From contig JAGVZA010000001.1 of NCBI GenBank assembly GCA_018302985.1, forward strand, positions 10,919-74,918: 64,000 bases of DNA, given 5' to 3'. A program made the position numbers and the translations under genes. The notes beneath the pieces are model-generated. The model worked only from the letters and a program-made list of their open reading frames with translations, was not told the DNA's origin and searched no databases. Numbering within the stretch: position 1 is the first letter of the stretch; every line of letters begins with the position of its first letter. Shown one piece after another: positions 54,567 through 62,100 of the stretch. This DNA is from Candidatus Woesearchaeota archaeon (GTDB lineage Archaea; Nanobdellota; Nanobdellia; SCGC-AAA011-G17; UBA489).

Positions 54567-54905
54567 CTATAAGAGTTTCAAATGCTTGGTAACTTTGTCG
54601 ATTTTCTCATCAGTATCAGGTCCTATCCCTAAACAAGTAGTGGTTGGTTCTTTAAAGAAAGTATGTCCTGCATCTGTAATTAGAGAAGCTACTAATTTCT
54701 CACGCTTAGCTAATTGTTGATAAGATCTTAATTCTGCTTCATTTTTGACTTTAACAACAACCTTTTTCATGCCTTCCTCTCGCCAAGCATCTACCTTAGC
54801 ACTAGAAGAAGATAAGACAGCCTCAACTGAAGCATGCGCCACTTGAGTAGACAATTTGCCTTTCTCCATCTTGAGGTCCTGTCGAACTAAAATAACTTGC
54901 TTCAT
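54567..54905 (-). CDS. pth2: peptidyl-tRNA hydrolase, archaeal type (Pth2)
   Basis: KQVILVRQDLKMEKGKLSTQVAHASV...DAGHTFF..PTTTCLGIGP. Confidence 0.92.
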   Translation of the reverse strand: MKQVILVRQDLKMEKGKLSTQVAHASVEAVLSSSSAKVDAWREEGMKKVVVKVKNEAELRSYQQLAKREKLVASLITDAGHTFFKEPTTTCLGIGPDTDEKIDKVTKHLKLL

Positions 54906-54908
54906 GGG

Positions 54909-55274
54909 TTATGATCGTTTTCTTTTTTGTTGTCGTCCACGTTCTTTGACATGAATCTTGCCTTGCTTTTGTCCTTCAGTTTTAAAGCGACGTTTCATTT
55001 CACTTTCTAATTTCTTCATCACCTTATGTGCTGCAATGTTGACATCCCAGTCAAAAGCCTGTGCAGAGAGCAAGTAGCTTGGTCCTTCTAGGCGTGCATG
55101 AAAAGAGTATTTGACTCTATCACCTGCTTTGTCATATTTCTTGCCATAAAAAGCAATTGCGCAATTGTGAATATCACGCTGTAATTTTTCAACATAAGGA
55201 TTGACTATGGTTTTGATCTTGCTTACCTCAGTTGCATCAAATGTTCTCAAGTTAATAAAACGGACATCCGCCAT
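54909..55274 (-). CDS. HPF/RaiA-like (ribosome hibernation factor fold) protein, tentative
   Basis: ATG 55274. The pattern SFHARLEGPSYLLSAQAFDWDVNIAAHKVMKKLESEMKRRFK parallels HPF ..l.v.G..i.A.a...D.y.AID...dKL.rQL.K.K. Basic tail. Lies 3 nt upstream of pth2. Confidence 0.45.
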   Translation of the reverse strand: MADVRFINLRTFDATEVSKIKTIVNPYVEKLQRDIHNCAIAFYGKKYDKAGDRVKYSFHARLEGPSYLLSAQAFDWDVNIAAHKVMKKLESEMKRRFKTEGQKQGKIHVKERGRQQKRKRS

Positions 55275-55401
55275 AAGAACCACCTCAAAGACCAGAAAGA
55301 ACAAGAGGCTTTTATAGTTTTCTATACTTGCAATTAGAGATTATAAAATAGTGAATAGTGTTTATAAGATAGTTTTTTACTAAAATAAATAATGAAAATT
55401 T

Positions 55402-55872
55402 TTACTTTTTTGCATAATAACTTGCAGTAATAGTTAATTTATGTTCTCCGTGATGGCTAAATTTTCCAGTTACTGTACCTTCTATATAGGTTTTGCCATT
55501 TCTCTCTACAGATCTAGTTTCTTTTACCCTTGTTTCTAGATCAAGTTCTGTATTTGGAACAATTGGACTCCTACCTACTTTCCAAGTACCTTGATCTTTC
55601 AAAATTCTAAATCCATAGCCCAATATTTCTGATAGTATATGTGCACCGTTCCATGTTGCAAAACAACCATCTCCAACATTAACATGTGGATGTTCTAAAT
55701 ATTTGCCAGGTCCTCTGTCCAGTATAGATGGGTGCTCTTCATCAGATGGGAAAAATACTTTCGATCTTAAAACATGTTCTCCTGCTTCCAAGGAATAGAA
55801 TGCATCTCCAATTAAGTAATGAGGTCTTGGAGTTCCAATCAAAGACTTTTTTGTATTAATAGTCTGTATCAT
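55402..55872 (-). CDS. hypothetical protein
   Basis: 156-aa ORF with no confident motif. Confidence 0.45.
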   Translation of the reverse strand: MIQTINTKKSLIGTPRPHYLIGDAFYSLEAGEHVLRSKVFFPSDEEHPSILDRGPGKYLEHPHVNVGDGCFATWNGAHILSEILGYGFRILKDQGTWKVGRSPIVPNTELDLETRVKETRSVERNGKTYIEGTVTGKFSHHGEHKLTITASYYAKK

Positions 55873-55930
55873 TATAGGAAGTATTAAATTACTCGATTAT
55901 TTATATCTATGTTGACATTTAATGACAACT

Positions 55931-55938
55931 TTTATAAA
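55931..55938 (+). promoter_or_regulatory. TATA box for the fifth trmB-like gene
   Basis: TTTATAAA lies 24 nt upstream of ATG 55963. Confidence 0.55.
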
Positions 55939-55962
55939 GCTAAGATATCTGGTTTGACTAAT

Positions 55963-56685
55963 ATGGAAAAAGAAGCATTAGAAGGTTTTGGATTATCAGA
56001 AAAAGAAATAAAAATTTATCTTCAGTTATTAAGAGAGAAATCTTGTACTGCCGCTAAATTAGCCAAGCTTTCTAACCTGAATAGAACGACTGCTTATTTA
56101 GAGCTTGATAACTTAATGAAGATAGGAATTGTAAACTACACAATAAAGAATTCTAAAAGATATTATCAACCTGCTAGTCCTGACAAGTTATTGTTTATAC
56201 TTGATGAAAAAAAAGAAAAGATTAAGGCAATTTTACCAGAATTAAAAGCGCTCCATTCTACCGATCAACCATTCAAAATAGAGGTGTTTGAGGGAAGAGG
56301 AGGGATAAAAACTTTTTATCAGGACATTTTGAATAGTGTAAAAGAATTTTATGTTATAGGAGCAACTGGTGAGGCTTTGAATGTTATGGAATTTTCTTAT
56401 CCTCATTTTCTAAGGAAATTTATTAAGTCTGGAATAAAGGAAAGGGCTCTAGCAAATTTGGAATCAAAAAGATTAATGGAAAATATTCATCCAAAGAAAT
56501 TTCTTGAAATAAGGTATTTACCTCAGGAATATAAAGCAAAAGTAACTACTATAGTATATGGAGAGAAGGTAGCTATTCAGTCTCTCCAAAAAGAAAATAT
56601 TTATGTTGTAGTTATAAAAGATAAGCTATTAGCCCAAACTTATAAAACATTATTTGAATTTATGTGGAAAGCTGCAGAAAAGTAG
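55963..56685 (+). CDS. TrmB-family transcriptional regulator
   Basis: MEKEALEGFGLSEKEIKIYLQLLREKSCTAAKLAKLSNLNRTTAYLELDNLMKIGIV. The listed upstream extension includes the TATA box. Confidence 0.85.
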   Translation: MEKEALEGFGLSEKEIKIYLQLLREKSCTAAKLAKLSNLNRTTAYLELDNLMKIGIVNYTIKNSKRYYQPASPDKLLFILDEKKEKIKAILPELKALHSTDQPFKIEVFEGRGGIKTFYQDILNSVKEFYVIGATGEALNVMEFSYPHFLRKFIKSGIKERALANLESKRLMENIHPKKFLEIRYLPQEYKAKVTTIVYGEKVAIQSLQKENIYVVVIKDKLLAQTYKTLFEFMWKAAEK

Positions 56686-56709
56686 TTTTTCAATCAGTGG
56701 GTAAACTAA

Positions 56710-57369
56710 TCATCGAGATTTCTTCACACCTATTTTAGGACAGTAATGAGCAACAGGACATTTTGAACACCAGGGAGAAATAGGCTTACAGATGTTTTGT
56801 CCAAACTGTACAAACATATCGTTTAAATCCTTCCAATAGTGTTTAGGAACTACTAGTTTCAAAGCAATTTCAGTATCTTCTGGTAGTTTTGTCTTGACCC
56901 AGCCTAATCGATTAGATATTCTATGCACATGAGTGTCTGTCGGGATATGATCATGTTGATTATGTCCGTAGACCATAGTGATTGCTGCGGTCTTTGGTCC
57001 GACTCCTGGTAATTGTAAAAGTTGTTCATGAGTTGTAGGCACTTGTCCATTATACTGTTCTAAAAGAATCTTGCAAATCTTATGAATTGTCCGTGCTTTG
57101 GTTTTGTAAAATCCAGCAGGATAGATCGCTTGCTCAATGACTTTAAGATCAAGGCCTAAAAGTCCCTTTGGAGTATCTGCCAAGGCAAACAATCTTTGAG
57201 ATGCAGGTCCAGTAACTTCATCTTTTGTTCTTAAGCTTAGAATGCAAGAGATCAAGACATGAAAAGGAGTTTTGTATTCAGATTGAATATCCATCAACGC
57301 AGTATTCTGAAAAGTATGTTTCTGTCCTAAGAGTGTAGTCATGATGGCATCTATAGGTAGAGATTTCAT
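56710..57369 (-). CDS. nth: endonuclease III (HhH-GPD, 4Fe-4S)
   Basis: LLQLPGVGPKTAAITMVYG hairpin and the C-terminal cluster CKPISPWCSKCPVAHYC. Confidence 0.9.
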   Translation of the reverse strand: MKSLPIDAIMTTLLGQKHTFQNTALMDIQSEYKTPFHVLISCILSLRTKDEVTGPASQRLFALADTPKGLLGLDLKVIEQAIYPAGFYKTKARTIHKICKILLEQYNGQVPTTHEQLLQLPGVGPKTAAITMVYGHNQHDHIPTDTHVHRISNRLGWVKTKLPEDTEIALKLVVPKHYWKDLNDMFVQFGQNICKPISPWCSKCPVAHYCPKIGVKKSR

Positions 57370-57965
57370 TTGAAAACCTCTCCAGTTTCAGTGCTCCAAA
57401 ATAATAAATCCAAAGCGTCCATAGGAATGTTAATCTTCTGCGCGAATCTTTGAAAACGTTGTTCAATTGCTAAGTAGGTTTTAGGCGTTAGAGTCTTAGG
57501 AAGTTCTGGTATGACCTTATGATGTACAAGATTTTTCAAAATATGTCTATCTAATATGGCTAAATTGGTATGCCCAATATTACGAAGAAAATGTGAAGAT
57601 TCTTTATAACCATAACCATCAACATTTTTAGCCAACCAAGCTCGCAAAGTAGAAGAGTCTTGACAAAGTGATAATTGTTCTAGTACTTGAGGATAAATTT
57701 GTTTCCCCGCTAATAAATATTTATTTTTATGATGATGAAAACGCATATCCTTAATATAACGATGAGGATTAAAAGAACTTTCCTTGAAGTGTAAAGATCT
57801 AAGCTTTTGTACTTTCTCCCAGCAGAATTTTCCTTTAGATTGTGGAGTCAAGAGGCAAAAACAGAATTCATAAAAAAGATCATCACTAGATAAACGAGAA
57901 AAAGAAGTAAGCCTATCTGTTATTACTTGTTTTTTAGCGCTATAAGCTTGTTGTAAGGGATGCAT
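57366..57965 (-). CDS. ogg: 8-oxoguanine DNA glycosylase/lyase, archaeal Ogg2 type
   Basis: GYGYKESSHFLRNIGHTNLAILDRHILKNL motif. ATG 57965 is preferred, because the longer listed start overlaps the upstream gene. The stop overlaps the nth start. Confidence 0.75.
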   Translation of the reverse strand: MHPLQQAYSAKKQVITDRLTSFSRLSSDDLFYEFCFCLLTPQSKGKFCWEKVQKLRSLHFKESSFNPHRYIKDMRFHHHKNKYLLAGKQIYPQVLEQLSLCQDSSTLRAWLAKNVDGYGYKESSHFLRNIGHTNLAILDRHILKNLVHHKVIPELPKTLTPKTYLAIEQRFQRFAQKINIPMDALDLLFWSTETGEVFK

Positions 57966-58000
57966 AGGAGAACAAAGAAATAAAGGAATTAAGAACTTTT

Positions 58001-58549
58001 CTATGCACGTGCTTTGAGAAGAACACATTCCTCTCTCAGAGTACTGAAAATCAATTTAATCTTACGGAAATATTCATTTTTTTCTTCTAAGAGATCTTCA
58101 ACATAGTCCACATCTTCTTGTTCGTCATCAATATCATCCCTTGCTCTGTCTGCAGCACGTTCATTGCCATTTTGAAGAGCTGTTTGTAAATCAGATTTAA
58201 CTTTTTGTAAGTCGCGTTCTTCTTCAAGAAGTTCCTGTCCTATTTCATCCAAGTCATCTTCAGTTTGGTCTAGAAGTTCTCTATACTCAGTTATGGTAGC
58301 ATCGCAAGTAGCTGCAGTGAGTTCACTAAAATTAAAGATCCCTGCTCCTCGCGCTAGAAGATATTGTCTTTTTTCTTCGTCAACAGGATTAGGAGAAGAA
58401 GGATATGTTGTTGGGAGAGTAATATTTTCAGGAGTAAGATTGTTGGAAGAGGTATTGACATTCGTTTCAGAAGAAGGTTCTGAAGGAACTGAATTGCATC
58501 CAGCTATAAGGAAAAGAAATAAAACAGAAAAAATAGATCGTTTGAGCAT
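58001..58549 (-). CDS. acidic secreted coiled-coil protein with a lipobox-like signal (IAGC)
   Basis: MLKRSIFSVLFLFLIAGCNS signal and a D/E-rich C-terminal half. Confidence 0.55.
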   Translation of the reverse strand: MLKRSIFSVLFLFLIAGCNSVPSEPSSETNVNTSSNNLTPENITLPTTYPSSPNPVDEEKRQYLLARGAGIFNFSELTAATCDATITEYRELLDQTEDDLDEIGQELLEEERDLQKVKSDLQTALQNGNERAADRARDDIDDEQEDVDYVEDLLEEKNEYFRKIKLIFSTLREECVLLKARA

Positions 58550-58585
58550 ACAAAAAGAAAAGGAAAGGAAAATATAAGCGTTGTG

Positions 58586-59104
58586 TTATTTTCCCAAAGT
58601 CTTTTGACCAGGTTTCCAGTCAATAGGGCATAATTCGCCAGTTTGGAGTCCTTGTAAGACACGTAAAGTCTCTTCAATGCTTCTGCCTACATTGAGATCA
58701 GAAACCACAAAATAACGTAAAATACCTTTAGGATCAATAATAAAAGTACCTCTATGAGCTTTACCTTCATCTTCTTTTAAAACATTAAAATAACGACTGA
58801 GTTTGTGTGCAGTATCTGCAAGAATGGGGAATTTGACTTCCTTAAGATCACGTTCAAACCATGCCTTATGAGAATGTTCACTATCAGTGCTAGCTCCTAT
58901 AATTACTGCTTTTGATTTGGTAAATGAAAGTTCATGTTGTGCAAATCCTCTAATCTCTGTAGGACATACAAAAGTAAAATCTCGTGGATAAAAAAATAGG
59001 ACAACCCATTTCCCCTTGTAATCACTAAGTTTAACTTTTCTAAATTGACCTGTTTGATAAGCCATACATTCAAAATTTTCTATAACGTCGCCGACTTGAA
59101 CCAT
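58586..59104 (-). CDS. 2-Cys peroxiredoxin (AhpC/Prx family)
   Basis: ATG 59104 preceded by GGAGGT. FYPRDFTFVCPTE peroxidatic-Cys motif and a resolving Cys near the C terminus (GELCPIDW). Confidence 0.9.
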   Translation of the reverse strand: MVQVGDVIENFECMAYQTGQFRKVKLSDYKGKWVVLFFYPRDFTFVCPTEIRGFAQHELSFTKSKAVIIGASTDSEHSHKAWFERDLKEVKFPILADTAHKLSRYFNVLKEDEGKAHRGTFIIDPKGILRYFVVSDLNVGRSIEETLRVLQGLQTGELCPIDWKPGQKTLGK

Positions 59105-59159
59105 AGTTGTACCTCCTCTGAAAAGATGTTCTCTGTAATTGGTTATATAAAGATTACGT

Positions 59160-62100
59160 TCAATAAATCCTTCGTAATCGTACATAACGGAAATAAAATG
59201 CTAAAGCTAAGACAAAAAAGACCAAGGGTATTCTTACCCAAATAGTGGAAAATAATCTAGGAGGTTGTTGATTCTCTTGGACTCGTGACGTTTCCTCATA
59301 ATGAGGTGTTAAAGGTCCTCGTACTTCTTTTGAAGAATCTTGTAAAGTGGGAATACGTTCACGAATAAGACGACTAAAGGTCAAAGTAACTACATTGCCA
59401 TCAAGTGCAACATATTCTATATTGGCATCACTAGTGCTATCTTGAGAAAGATCAATTCCTAAACGTTGGCCAAGAGGAATGCTATAGCTATCTCCTAAAA
59501 CTGTAAGGATAACTGCTTCAGCTGTTGCATGAGGTACTCTTACACCATATTCTTGTCCTTGGTAAATAACACTGATCCTGCTATTGCGAAGAACTGAAAC
59601 TGTTTGTTGGATATTAGTATCTAAGTCTACTACGACACGTTGGTTGGCATTGTTTCCTCCGCCACTGCCGCCAGAACTTGATCCTCCAGGAGGGCAAGCG
59701 CCGCAGTCTTGTGAACAAAGACTACAACTTTCATCTAGATTACAATAAGTATCTCCACATGTGCCTGGTTGTGTGCTGTATTCTGAAAATCCAGGAACTG
59801 TAACTGTATAGTCTCCATTCGCATAAGTTTGACTGACACAAACAAGAGAAGAACAAACTAGTCCATCGCGTAAAGGAGTAGGAGCAGTTGTTGAAGTTAA
59901 TCCGCTAAAAATTAAAGTAGCTGGATAATTGAATTCAGAAGTGAGTGTACTATCTAAGCCAATGAGATTAGGTTGTAAAGTGATCTCAGTATCTAAGTCT
60001 AATGCTTGATGAATATTATTTACTATACGTAAGACAGAAATTTCTCTGCCAGGATACTGGAGTCTGCCTACACCAACAATGCCTAAACTGAGATCTTGAA
60101 CATGTTCTAAATCTTCCACTTGAGTGAAATCGGTTGTTAGACTTGGGCTAAAAGAAGTAACTCGAGGTAAAGGACAACCATTTCTTAGGCTTACAACAAC
60201 ACTAGCAGGAGTAGTTAAACATCGGTCACGTGAATCAGGTATAGTATCGCAATCACTATCAGGTTGACAGATAAGTGCTGAGTTAGTCAGAGATGTTGCA
60301 GTGCATAATCCAATACCACAACCCTGATTGATTCTGCAATCTGTAGGTAAAGCACAAGATCTAGCATAATCACATAAGTATCCAGCTGGTGCACAAATGG
60401 GACCGCCACAATCAATATCAGTTTCATAATTATCTCTTATACCATTAGTACAATCAATAACCTGTCCTTGAACTACATTCAGAGTAATAGTGTCAAGACG
60501 TTGAGCAGAGGATGAAGTTGCTTGTAAATCTACAATATAAGATTGTCCTGTTAGTACATTGCCTATGCCTAAGGATAAGGAGAGTTGACAAGTAGGATTA
60601 GGAGTACAACTATTGCCTTGTGGAAGCTGGAATGCTGCTGTAATACCTGTAGGAGCAGTTGTGCTGACTGTCACTTGTTCTGAAGTGCTAAAAGGAACAC
60701 CAGTAAGAGTGAGAGTAACTGGTAATTGTGTATTAGGAACAACTGTAGCTGTGGAAGGTTGCACTCCCAAAGCAAAAGTGAAAGGTTGTCTAACTGATAC
60801 AAGTACAGAATTAGAAGGAACTAGATCTCTGTTAACAACAACTAAAGAATAATCTCCTGGTGGAACGCCTGGTGGAATATTAGGCGCTTGAATAAGTTGA
60901 TGAGTAGGTGAAGTCCATGCTCCTTGGTAAAATTGTCCTGCAATTACAAGTGCAATAGGATCAAATTCTTGTCCTTGAATATCCAGAGTAGTAAATTGAT
61001 TATTCATCAAAAGAGGAGGATTTAAAGAAGTAATTCTAGGCAATGCTGTTATTGTAAAAGAAGCACCCATCGATGTTCTTCCTGAAGTAGGATTAAACAC
61101 AGTCACTTGATGTTGTCCAACTCCATAATCTCTTATTTGGTATTGGAAGACAATTTGTGTTGAAGTTCGTGAAATAATACGGCTAGGAATAACTGTAATG
61201 CCATCAACTCTGACTTCTGCATTTGCTGCGAAATATTGTCCTGTCAAAGTAATAGGTTGCAAAATAGCTAAATTAATACTAAAAGGTGAAATAGTAGTAA
61301 GTCTAGGATTTTCTTCTGTACATCCGCAGGTAGTAGTTGAAGCGCAAGTTTGTGTTTGTGTACATCCCCCATTTGCGCTGCATGCAGCACCACATTGTCC
61401 TTGAGTGCAAGCATAGGTACAGCTGCCAGCTTGGACGCAACGAGTTGCTCCTCCACTAGATTGGGTGCCTGAACAACCTAAGCACCAGTCACAAGAAGTG
61501 TCGCCTTCACAAGCAGCATTAACATTGTATTGATTACAACAATTCGTGCCTCCAACAGTCACTGGTCGTGATGGATCTGTTCCTGACTGATAAGAATATT
61601 GAGGATTGATCGTGCATCGAGCAGTTTGTTGTCCTGCAGTTGCTTGACTCGTGCAGGTGAAGGAAGCAATATTGCTATTCCAGTTCTGGAAGATACAAGG
61701 TTGTGCTCCTAAAAATGCTTGGATGCTGGGAACATTACCAACAGTTGCAGTACAGGTTACTGTGAAAGAAGTTCCTGGACAAATAGTAGCGGATGCTGTG
61801 ATTGCTGTGACTCCCACTGCGCAGTCTTGGTCTCCATCTGGAGGTGTGGCTGCAGTTCTTGGGCCTGCATGATCTGCTCTGCCGTCGCAGTCATCATCCA
61901 AAGTATTCGTGCATCTGTTGACTTCAGTCGTTTGATAATTATTATTGTTGTTTTGATATTGAGTTGTTCCACATGCTTGCCATCCTGAGACTCCTCCGCA
62001 AGATTGTCGTGCTCCTGCGCACACTCCTACTTGATTGAGACAGAGAGGTGCAAATTGTGATTGAATATCATCTGTTTGTCCATTACAATTATTGTCTTGT

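Noticed and set aside
55284-55293. Third, partial copy (CTCAAAGACC) of the island's inverted-repeat core upstream of the HPF-like gene
   Set aside because: It is only a 10-nt match. About one such partial match to some window of a 20-mer is expected by chance in 2 x 64 kb.
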